A stretch of DNA of 64,000 bases, taken from Tubiluchus corallicola (taxonomy: Eukaryota; Animalia; Priapulida). Shown piece by piece: positions 1 to 11,775 of this stretch. A program made the position numbers and the translations under genes. Under the pieces are notes generated by a model that searched no databases, had not been told where the DNA came from, and saw only the letters and a list, made by a program, of their open reading frames with translations. The stretch's first letter is position 1; every line of letters begins with the position of its first letter. The DNA lies in NCBI GenBank assembly GCA_030141605.1, contig JAQGDQ010000026.1, positions 372,001-436,000 on the forward strand, written 5' to 3'.

Positions 1-984
1 TTTTCTATAAGATTATTGTTTAAAATGACAAATTAAGCTTTCCACATAAGTGTAAATCATCTGCTCACTTAAATCTTTTTTAAGCTGCTTTAGTGCATTG
101 TACAGTTGATTTTCTATGCCTTATTATATTTCTTGTTGCTTTACTGAATTAGCAAATTTTATAATAATATGAAGCCTGTTGCATAAGTATGTTAAACTAG
201 TGAAACTTTAATCGTAAAATAGTACAATTGTTTGTTTTCCTTTTTGTAAAAATGAAACATTGATCTTTATTTTCACTTAATATTAAATTTATTTAGCAGG
301 ATTTGAAAAATATACAACGTTCATATAAAGTAATGAATAGGAGAAAGACTTGATAAGGTAAAAATAGTCACATGCATGCATGTAATTTACTAGGCCTATC
401 TTATTGACGATAACCGTCGATAAAATTAATAAAGCAGTCACACCGATTACACAAAACTATGACCCTTTTTCAGTATTTGCTAGTGTCAGATTTGCGATGT
501 TACAATTCTAACATGAAACACACCTAATTTCCCTTGGAAAATCATTAACAATATCAATATCATCATCATCTTCGCAAACAGAATTGGTAGCCATATTGAA
601 ATAAATAATTTTTGCTACAGACCTGGCATTTTATACTTTGATTTATGCCCGATAGATGGCAGAAAAAAGCTAGTAATTCATATTCATATCTATGAGCAAG
701 CTCTCAGACAGCCGCAGTTCTGCGAGCATTTAACACGCATAACCGAGACCGCCACCTTTTAAAAGTTCGACTTTTGACTTTTGAATACCCTTGCCCAAAA
801 ATATAAAGAGACCTTCATTTACAGAAGTGTACAAATCGTGGCTGATCATAGCATCGTGTGTCGCACACCCTAGTAATTATTAACAAACATGCCATAATCT
901 TTTGACTCGCTTTGAAGTACTGATTGTAACCGATAAAAATCGATTACAATTACTAACGAGCGATGCATTTGCACGATTGTAGTA

Positions 985-1200
985 ACGTTTGGTACAAGTA
1001 AGTTTGGTACAGATAACTTTGGTAGGAGGAAATTTTGGTACTGGAAAAATTTTGTATTAGAAATTTTGGTAATGGGAAAATTTCGCATTGGAAATTTTTG
1101 GTACGTAGTAATTTTGGTACAGGTAAATTTGGCACTGTCATCTTTAGGTACAAGTAATTTTTGGTACTAGGAAAATGTGGTACGAGGAAAAAAATGCACC
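985..1200. repeat. Degenerate 15-16 bp tandem array (AAATTTTGGTAC core)
   Basis: About 12 imperfect copies of TTTGGTAC; this explains the PK/PN-rich spurious ORFs. Confidence 0.75.
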
Positions 1201-1280
1201 CTGGAATGTTTGGCTTTAGCTTTGGTTTATTAACATCTATTAGTACACAAAAAGACATTCATACATAAAAGCAACAAGCA

Positions 1281-2424
1281 CCGCGCCCGACATGTTCCTG
1301 TTTTCTAGAAATAGGAGGTATAAGTTTTACGAAAAACGGGCAAAAAAGTTCATATATATATATATTATATATGGTCCAATATATATATATATATACTGGA
1401 AAATATATACGGAAAAGAAAGCATTTATATAATTTTGTCTGTATAAAATAATTGTTTCAACTAGAAAATAAAGAAGTTTATTCAGTATTGAAGAAATTTG
1501 GTACTAAGAAGTGTGGTTTAATAAAAAGTTCAAAAAACATTAACAGTGCGTGGCAGGCTAAAAATTTACCCGTGATTATCCCGCCCATATATATTTGAGA
1601 ATTCTTTCGCAGTAAAAAATGAAAGGTTTCCAACTCACCATGCAAATTTTCGAAAAGCCCTGCAATTTATTTTTCCAGGAAAAATGATCACTCTCTGCGT
1701 TTTTTACAAAAATTATCAAACTGATATAAGAACAGGGCAGCGACGGCCGATGATCCATTCGTTCACAATTCTGTTTAGGGTCTACTATGCTCATGACTGT
1801 GACTATAGTAGTTTTATACTTCAGTTTTTCTCACCATTGTTTTTATCTGCTGTGTTGCTGTTTTTTTACGTGCTAGTATCAATTTATGTGTTAATAATAT
1901 AAACAAAAAAAATTCCCAAAAACTTGTTTATTAGTTTTAGTAATTCCATGTGACTTTTTTCTCTTTTCATCCTTTCTTATTCGTTTGAAAGTGAACTACA
2001 ACGGTAGTTCAAAATGTTTGCTCCTCTTGGTGGAGGCATCCTAAAATGCGTCCCACATCATCGTGTAGCCATGTTCCCTCTCCTTTGTAACGGTGGCAGC
2101 GTCCTAAAAGGTGCACATTGTGTAGCCGTGTTCCTCCTCTTCTCAAAAAACTACATATCTCCTTCCTAGAGTCACACGAGGCTCAGCTAGAGCGTGTTTT
2201 CTACGTGGTATTTGGTCAAAATTTCGAAAAAATCGAGAGTTGGGTTGAGGAAAACGTCCGTTGCGGGAAACCATGGCCCTGCTGCGAATTTTAAATATGC
2301 CTATAACACCCACCGTTGAAAGGGTTGCTCAACCAGTATAGGTCCCGCGCCCGACACGTCCCCGTTCTTTAGAAATAGGAGGTATAAGTTTTGTGAAAAA
2401 CGGGTGAAAACGGTCATTTATATA
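1281..2424 (+). repeat. Dispersed 80-bp direct repeat (1281-1360 and 2345-2424)
   Basis: CCGCGCCCGACA..AGAAATAGGAGGTATAAGTTTT..GAAAAACGGG..CAT.TATATA in both copies. Confidence 0.8.
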
Positions 2425-2439
2425 CCACCGAAATTAATT

Positions 2440-2800
2440 CTTCTTTTTCCTCCTCTTCTGTTGCTCTAAATATCTATTGTAGACACAGAGCCTCTATCCT
2501 TTATTAGAGCACCCACTCAGGCCCACGGTTTCCTGCCTGCATCTAAAAAGTTCAACTCCTGTGATGCTATTGTTGGGTTTGGTCTTTGTGTTCATGATAC
2601 CCAAGTTGTTTTTGGTTTGCGTGGAGGTCATTTAGTAGGTTTCAGTGCCTCGTTTAATGCTAATCTTACTGGTGTTGTTTCTGACAATCTCACAAAATGT
2701 CCTATCCATCTTAGCATTATAATTATGATTTTAGTGCTTCATTGTTCTTCTTTGGTTCTGTTATACAGCTGCTCATTTGAAGTGATATACGGCAATTTTA
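2440..2800 (-). mobile_element. RTE-like LINE 3' fragment
   Basis: Minus-strand translation LRWIGHFVRL..PVRLAL..KPKTTW (RTE C-terminus) and a GAA/GAG-rich tail near 2440-2460. Confidence 0.7.
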
Positions 2801-3337
2801 TTATAAGATATTTATATTATAAATACAATGATTTTATGGGATAATTGAACACAATAAAATACATGTGTGGCTGAATGAGAAAGCCTTTCCGTCTTTTTCT
2901 GAACTGTTCAAATAAATTTGTCGTATGAAAATGCGTTGAGAATTTTTAATTCTGCACGGCGTTGACCATATCATACACCAATTTTTAATGTATCATCTCA
3001 AACACCTCGGGCCAAAACGCTTTTCTTGGAAAAAACGACGTTATAATTACTGGTGTATATTCACATATTTGTAATTCACTGGTTCACATTGATATAAAAA
3101 TGCCATGACATATCGAGGATTTCGCTTATGACAAAGAGGAGAAAATAAAAGAGAAAATAATTGCGCAGAATGCATTGACTTATTTAATTAAAATTGCACT
3201 CGTGTTACAACGCAATTTCGGGCTAATATTACTGTCTAACTGGCAAAGCAGTACAACAAATATTCTGCGCAAAATTGATATTTGTGGGTTATTCGTTTAC
3301 GAAGTAAGTCTATAAACATATTCGTTTCTTCGGTGAC

Positions 3338-3341
3338 ATGG

Positions 3342-3382
<41 letters not shown>

Positions 3383-3478
3383 GTTGCTGTTGTTCTCGTT
3401 GCTGATGTGGTCGTCGTCGTTGTTTTGTCGTCGTCGTCGTTGTTGTTTTGTCGTCGTCGTCGTCGTCGTCGTCGTCGC
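3338..3478. repeat. Compound trinucleotide microsatellite (GTT/GCT/GTC)n
   Basis: Read directly from the sequence. Confidence 0.95.
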
Positions 3479-4923
3479 CCACCGTCAGACGGCATAGACT
3501 ACGACTATAAGAAAATAACGCATCTGCTTTTCATCTGAGCGATTTTCAGTTCAATGTCGCGGTCGTTTCATGAGCATCAACTGCAATTCAATTTTTTAAG
3601 CACTCTTTTATAATTTATGCCTTTCCGGCAATAAAAATTGCCTTTTCCTTTAAGAAGTGCTTAAGTAATGTGTACTTCAAGCTACAATCAAAAACATATG
3701 CGGACGTGAAATCATAGACCGCGCAAAGTAAGCAGCAAGGACAAAATGGTACCTCGTGAAAATTGTTTTGTCTTCATTGATTGATATCTGGATTTTCCAC
3801 ATAGGTGAGGCGTTTTTGCTGCGCCCTGGCTTTTATTTTGAAGGTTAAGTACGCGGCAGTTTCATTTGCATGGCCTAAATTTTTCAAGCAGTGAAAGTGA
3901 AAATGAAAAGGTCATCAAACACACATCGCTGGTGAAATGGCGCAACCTTGTGGAGTCGTGAGCTTTCTTTGCGTTCACATAATAACCGTAATAGGTATTC
4001 ACTGCAAAGAAAGTTCTTCAATAATTAGTGTACATGCGCTTTTAACATGTCACCTTGCCTCGTGCACCTAATCTATAACAAGACTGTAACGCGGCAGACA
4101 TGCCAGGGTTCAGAGAGAGCGGATTTTACCTCACGAATACGATCGGAAAAATATACGTATTTTATGGAAAAGAAAAAATCTAGTTGTAAGTTTTATATTT
4201 TGTTTTTGCCGAACTTTTAAAACAGCATTTCCAAAACAAAAAATTTTTCTTTTCCAACATTTACTGGTCTAAATGAAAAAGAAACTGAACTTTTGATGTT
4301 TCTTTATTTACGTAACTTAGAAAGCAACCCTGACTTAAATCAACTAGATTTTAGCTTATGGGAGAACGTCGAAACTACACTATAAGATCAACTGCTCAGT
4401 AATCTTCAGTTGATGTGATCTGGTTTTACTAATTAAAAAAAAATCATCTTCATGAAAGTTCCAAATAATTCACGTTATTTATCTGTTACCAATGCAAACA
4501 TTTTAAATTGAAATAAATACAAACCGTTGGGAATAGATTTGCCACAACATTTACCATTTATCAACAAAAATTCAGCAACGTTAAAAAACTTACAAATTAA
4601 TTTTGTGTTAATAATTCTGCTTACGTCATTAGAAAACTCTAAACAGGTTGCTCATTGCGTATTCGTTTTCTATACATATACAAGACGTTGCCTCCTTTCA
4701 TTTTTACTTATTGGTACTTACTGGTAACTACCCAACGCAATCGTGCTTATCTGAGATGTAACAATAGTCGGATATATTATTGGCACAAAACTATGAAGCA
4801 AGCTGTTGTACATTGTTAGTAATGCGACGCATTAATTTAGTTAGTTACTTAATGCACTCATTCGGGTTGATTAAACTATGCAATTATCGTTAACCAGTAG
4901 TAACTAATTATTTACGAGCAGAC

Positions 4924-5073
4924 TTGTTTACGAGTACGTTTTCAGGAAATATTACGTCACTAAGATGTTACCCACCGCACTTGTTTACGAATAAATTTTC
5001 AGGAATGTTACGTCACGTGAAAAATGTCTAACATGTCGTTACCCAGTCATTTACTTGTTTACAAAGTCACGTG
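4924..5073 (+). promoter_or_regulatory. Tandemly repeated motif module upstream of the CYP gene
   Basis: TTGTTTAC at 4924, 4981, 5055; TTACGTCA at 4952, 5008; CACGTG at 5014, 5068. Function is inferred only. Confidence 0.4.
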
Positions 5074-5840
5074 TGGAATTTTTTGCGGGAGACTAACCGA
5101 AAACCTGTTTGGGCGATGTATTAGTAACAATATTCTAATGTCAGATAAGCGTATTTTTCCTGACTTGCGCAAAGATACCCCGCACGAAATGCAGTTGGTT
5201 TTGTTTTTGTCTCAAGAAAAATGAAAGGTTGGTCAAGATTAATGTAAAATAGAGTCGTTTCTATTCTGGTTGTTATTCAGAAGTGCTTTCTCGCTGAATA
5301 TCATCATTATTTGTTCGTAGGCCTGCATTTGTTCGAATCAACGTGTAAAGGCCTAACTGCTCACTATTAACAACATTTTTTACTTACAATTTACTAAAGA
5401 ATGAAGGTTAGACATCGCACAGCGGATCACGTACATCTAAGGCTACACTATACGGCTACGTAAATTCCTATCTGACACTAGTGCTAAGTATCGTCGTGAC
5501 CTACATTGAATATCGAATTGGTGAATAGATCGCCTTCTTAATTCGCATAAAATTAAATAGCCTTACAGCGGCACTCAAGGTCAAGCTTTTGACTCGACTG
5601 ATAACTGTCAGGCCTAGGAGCTTGCTGAGCGCAGTTAGTTGCAGGTCTTCAAGGAGCACCGCAAGGAACATTATAACTGTGATCACCTGTGATCAGAGTG
5701 ACACATTTATAGCTGTAAGCTATTCGTGGAAGTTGCAAGAAGCAAAGTGCGGATTACCCTAGATCGCTTCAAAGAAAGGCCTGGAAGATTCTACAACTAA
5801 GTCATTGTCCTGCCCGCTGTTCTCATGACTTCTCGTAATC

Positions 5841-8800
5841 ATGAATACAATCATAACCCCTCAGTTGTTGTTTCGATACCCACTTCACCCGGATTGTATA
5901 CTGGTGCTATTATGCTTGGCGTTATCTATAATATGGTTCGCACTAAAAAAGCGATGGCGCCTCGTACCAGGACCAAGAGGTCTTCCTGTTTTTGGAAATC
6001 TTCTGCAGCTAGGAACTCATCCTCATCTTGTGTTGAAGGAGCTCAGTCGTCAGTACGGTCCTCTGTTTGAGATTCGGATGGGATCTGTGTCTGCAGTGGT
6101 GCTCGGTGATCTTCGGCTGATACGATCTGTTTTTAGTAAAATTGACACTGCATGGCGTCCAAGTTTGTTCCTCATTAACCATGTTCATCAAGGAAATAAA
6201 GGTAAGAGCATTACTTCACTTTTAATTACTCAAAGTTATGCTTTCAATTTTATTTTTCATAAATTTATTTTGTTTAGTTAAAGTTGTTACGTAAAAATGA
6301 AAAGTGTGGTTTTGGCTGTTGAATTTTCCCTTATTTAACAAGACTAGCACAAAGTTGTATTCGAAGTTTAAGATAAAGCGTTAAGAGAAATTAAAGAGGC
6401 ACATGTATTTGTTTTGCAATCGCTTTTCTATCGTATATGATGAGCCTAGTACTGTATTAAGTTGTATCGTGCAAACAAATGAAATTAAGTTAGGAAGAGT
6501 ACCAATAATCTGAAAGGCTTTTTGAAAAAACATAGTAGCTGTAATGATTAGTTGTCTAAGAAACAAATGCAAGCCTCCCTTTCAAACTATGGGCAATCTG
6601 TCGTTGTGCTTGAAGACAGTGAAAAAGAAGAATGAATGGAAGTAAAAGACACTGGACTAAATGTAGGTAGAACTATAGCTCAAGGAAAGTCATTGTTTTT
6701 AACGGTATCACAGAGGCAGCGTGGCCATTTTGACATAGTTACACACATGCATAACTGGTCAGTTAACTGACTTTTAAACAATACTGAAATTTAGAAATAG
6801 AAGAGGGCAGATAGGGTTTAATTAGTCTGAGACGTTTATTGCATTTAGACTAATAGTTTGGACTTGGAGATCCTGTTACTTGAGTGCTATCGCTGCACAA
6901 TGAAACGCTTTTGGAGGAATTCTAAGAACGATTAATTTTGCAAGAAAACTAATGCAGTGAAATTACATTCCAATTTAGGATATAAGTCACATTCCAATTT
7001 AGGATATGAAATCATATTCCAATTTAGGACATGAAATCATATTCCAATTTAGGATATGAAGTCATAGTCCAATTTAGGATACTGTAAAAATAATATATTT
7101 TAAGAAATTCTGTGGTTTGAAGGCAGCTTTAAAAATAAGCAGAATAACTGATTAAATGATGTTCGTTATACAGGTTCAGAAGTCTAAAATTTGACAAGTG
7201 CACTCAAAATCTGAACTTTGATACATTTTCACTGTAATTAAAATTATGCAGTGTAAGTGTTATGGATAATGTATATGATTAGTATAATTTCATGCTTTTC
7301 ATATTTTTGTGTTTGCCTATTTTAATGTATAGGAACTGTAGACTACTTACTGTGACAGTGACAAATCGCTTTTTGTAATTAACCTGAGCCCTTCTGTAAA
7401 GAAAGAATTAAGAATGATGAGCTACCTCGAGTGATTCTTACTGTAAAGCCGGTGTTATACCTGCAGACTGTCCTTGACCGAGATAACTCGCTCATTGGCA
7501 ATCGCTCAACTTCAAGCGACCTCTACTCGTAACGTAGGATTCTAAATAAACAAAAAGTGAATGTTACTCTAGATTGTTGCAGATATAACACACGTAGCAA
7601 AACCAAACGAGAGTTTGGCGATCGTCAATGACTCGTATGACTTCTAAGCTCTGTAAAAGTTAAGCAATAACAAGGTCTATAGAAGCAAGAATATAAAATA
7701 CACATGACCTTGCTAAAGTGCCTGTTGAAAATACCAACTATTTTTTCTCTGGTATGGTCATTAATTATTATGTAAATTTCGCGCATATCTGTAAGTCTGT
7801 AAGGTCATCGGTTCTTGTTCAGTAAATATGTATATGTATAAGTTAAACGAACAATGAATGGTCAATTACAACTGCTGGTATTTTTCTTGGAGTTTTGAAA
7901 TATTTTTCATATTTTTGCCGAGGTATACCTGCTTTCGTGATTTGTAGAGTAAAAGTGCATAACAAGCTTGAAATGTACGCCTGTGTCAGGCACTCCTGTA
8001 TGCCGGGAGCGAAAGCAACGTTAAAAGAGATGAACATCATGATCAATCACTTGTAAAATCAGGACTACATCAAGAATTGTGCAAATAACAAAGCATGCAA
8101 AATTGTGATGGTGTTGATGCATTTTAAATTATTAGAAACTTTAATGGAATACACTGGTATATATTTCAACACTTTTCTGTTCAGAATACCGAATTATCAA
8201 AATTGACATACTGTTCGCCTTTAATGATTTTGGTTGCATGTTATTAATTTTAACAGCACCTATACTCTGGGTTATCTGTATTACGGGTTTAACGGATCTG
8301 CCTCAGAAAAATAAGTTAATCTCAAAAACTTAATGATTTTTTTACATCATAGGCGGTGTTTCTATGTCCAATGGCAGAGAATGGAAGAAAAACAGGCAAT
8401 TCTTGTTGAGAGCCATCAGCCGTTTTTGGTTTACAAGCGGCAAAAGCTTACTGCAAGTCAGAGTTCAGGAAGAAATCCAAACCTTTCTCCGCCACTTAGA
8501 AGCAACCAGTGGTGCTTCTTTCGACCCGAAGACCTTGTGCACGTCCAGCGTGGCCAACATTATGGCGGACTACGTATTTGGTGTTCAGTACGACTACGAA
8601 AATCCTGTGTTCCAGAAGTATGTCAGTGAAATGCAAGAGGGTTTCAAGCTTATGTCGCACCTTCAACTACTCAACTTTATTCCAATATTTAGGTACTTGC
8701 CGTTTTCCAGAGGTCCAGTTAAGCGACTGGACGTTACTAAAGCTGAAGCCCACGACTTCTTCTACCAGCACGTCCAACGACATGTTCAATCTTTTGATAG

Positions 8801-10069
8801 CAGCGAGTCGAGGGATGTTATCGATGAATATTTAAAAGACATGTTGAAACAAAGACTACAAGACAACGGGAAAGGAATACATTTAACAAAAGGTACAAAA
8901 AATTGCCAATCAGACAAATAGAAACTTTAAAATATGAACTATGTACACATACGCAAGCCAAAAAAATATTTTGCTGCGGTGTAAAATGATTCCATTCGTT
9001 CAGCAAAATATTTATATTACTGTGTAGTTTTATGATGAGATATAATTTTTGTACGTATTCATTAAGCAAGTAAAATAATTACTTTTTGATAGATCTATAC
9101 CATTCGTCCTGTCAAGTGCAATGCACAATCTGTGGTTTGGGATTATTATGTTCTTTCTAGTACCATGACAAATGTTTCCAATTGTTGTGAGTAATTATAC
9201 CTGGAGTTTGTTGTATTTTTAGACGATAAACTGCTACCCTTGATTGGGGACATCTTTGGATCAGGTTTCGTTACCGTATCTCATACGCTGCTCTGGGCTT
9301 TTCTATATCTTGCACTACATCCCGACGTCCAAGAAAGGATTCGAAAAGAAATTGCAGAAATACTAGGTACGGAAAACCTTCCACAGTTTACAGACTTGAA
9401 AAGGTTACCTTACACCGCTGCCACGTTACACGAAGTGTTGAGGTACAGATGCGTCGTACCGTTAGGAGTTCCACACACAAATATCAAAGACATCTACGTA
9501 AGAGACTACCTGATTCCAAAAGGAACGCTCATCCTGCCTTTACAACATGCAGTTCTTACGAGTCCTGATCACTGGAAGCATCCAGGGCGATTTGACCCTG
9601 GTAATTTTCTGGATGAGGAAGGAAATCTCTCAGTATCACCCGCGTTTATACCGTTTTCGACAGGTAATTTTTAGCTGAAGATTCATTTTTTGCTTCGTTT
9701 TGTATTGTATTAAGTAACTAATGTCATTTTTAACATCTCTTGTTATAACCTTTTTATAAATGAGCATTCATAATAATTTTGTGTTACAGAGCTAAATTTT
9801 ACAAATGACTATCGAAGATACGAAATCGGCTCCTTTTTTAATAAATTACCCTGAACAATAATTGTGTTAACGAATGTTGTTTATTTATAGGGAAGAGGAT
9901 TTGTCCTGGTCGACACATTGTCTTTTACGAGCTATTTCTCTTCTTGGCGAGTACTTTGCAACGTTATATAATAAAAATGCCAGATGGAATTAGTCCACCT
10001 GATACTACTGGTGATATGGGAGTTACACTAAGCCCGCCTGCTTACGAAATACGCTGCGTCAAGCGGTAG
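5841..10069 (+). CDS. Cytochrome P450, CYP2 clan, about 506 aa, 4 exons
   Basis: Exons 5841-6201, 8353-8892, 9223-9663, 9891-10069 (1521 nt; three phase-1 GT-AG introns). N-terminal anchor, PGPRGLPVFGNL hinge, WKKNR C-helix, EVLR K-helix, FDPGNFL meander and heme motif PFSTG|KRICPG split by intron 3. Family not assignable by eye. Confidence 0.95.
6966..7081. repeat. 24-25 bp minisatellite, about 4.7 copies, in CYP intron 1
   Basis: Unit ATTCCAATTTAGGATATGAAATCAT. Confidence 0.92.
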
Positions 10070-11775
10070 CATACTATATGTATTAGTAACATTGATGTAA
10101 ATGTCTCATTTAGATGACTAGTCACCTAAAGGAAGCCTGTCCTGTAACTACACAATTGTGAATGTTACATTAAAAATGGCGTGGAAAGACCGTCGAGCTC
10201 ATTTTTATCATTATCACATTATGAGTTGTTTTTAGTAGTGATGGGATCAGATTTACCAATTATAGTTACGATACTGGTGTAACGTTTATGACTAATGACA
10301 ACATGAAAATGTGTTATTTTTTATATTTTTACCTATCCGATTACAGTTTCGGAATATGAGCCGGTGTATAAGTTAAAGCGTTGTTGTTGTTGATCTTTAT
10401 TTTTTAGCTGTTTACTATTTTCTTGTGTATCAGAATGTCTGTCTATGTCAACGAATTATTGCTAACACAATGCTTAATCCAAAACTACATTTCCTAAGTT
10501 TACTACTTTAAACCGTCGGTTCAGTTTAATATCTTGTAAAATTAAATTTACCCGGCTTTACTGTTTACTCACTTATACTTTAATTATTTATTTGTTGTGA
10601 TTTGCTTGTTAGTTCATGCATGCTGTATTCATTGTATGTTTTTATTATTCATATATGTGTTTTTCAGAAAACCTTTATGTGATACATTGTATATTGCATA
10701 TTGCATATAAATATTTTTCTAATTTTCAGTTCACCATCATGGACATAATAAATATTTCTTGTCAGAATACCTTGCATAACTGAAAAAAAAATGTCTGTGA
10801 CGAAACACTTTTTCTGAAAATTTAAGTGATATTTCAGGTTCTGATTTGGAGAATAAAACTAGAAAATTTATACACAGAAACATCATGCGCGTAATTCAAT
10901 TGTGTTATTGAATTAGGCCTAATAACAAAATGTATGTCCAGTCCACGTTGCCTCAAACATAATTATAATATTCCTACTAACTATATCTATCTATAAGATA
11001 AGAGATAGATAAAATAATCTTTATTTACCATTATACTGAATAACAGTAAATACGTGTTAACTGCAAGATGAGACAGTTAACACGCCAGTAATTTATCACA
11101 AGTAAAGACTGATATTTTGGTAAATATTAAAACAATCTCTTATTCCATGCAGGTGATGGTACAAAATGAACTATAGTGTACTACAGCTGTGTATGTAACA
11201 AGAGTTTCTGATTTTTGTCATTATTTTACGTATTTGTTACAAAGGAGCACCCTGGTCTCCAAATTCATCAAAATTTTCTCACAAACTGACAACATGCTTT
11301 ATTCTAAGTGAAAATATAGGCAAACTACCAGAATTTAAGAATTAAATTACATTAAATGTTTATATTAACCAACTTGCTATTGCATGTGTTGAGCCTTTTT
11401 TTAAAATAACTACGTATTTTTGACCAAATGTCACATGTATAATTAATATATTCAATCTAAAATTTCCCAGGCCAATAATCTCTTAAATCAACTCCTATAC
11501 TCATTGTCTTAAAAGCACCGAGTCAATTTTTATGGATTATAACTAAATTTTCCGCAAGTTTGTTGTTCAGTTTGCAAAGATTTTTGAATAAAAAAATTGA
11601 TGTGGAAAATTGCATTATAATTATGTTGTTGTCAGTGGGGAAATTGCTTTGTTAAGATATCACACGAAATTACACCATCACTACTTAATTATGACAAAAT
11701 AATCAACAGTTACGTTAGAAGTGACTTGACAACGCAAGCCCGACGTTAAATTTTACTTTTATGTTGAAGAACAAA

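Noticed and set aside
3282-3538. PolyQ/polyA/polyR ORFs
   Set aside because: They are translations of a compound microsatellite.
11053-11084. Perfect 11-bp hairpin
   Set aside because: It is adjacent to a reverse AATAAA and a simple-repeat tail, typical of a LINE/SINE 3' end, and too short for a pre-miRNA.
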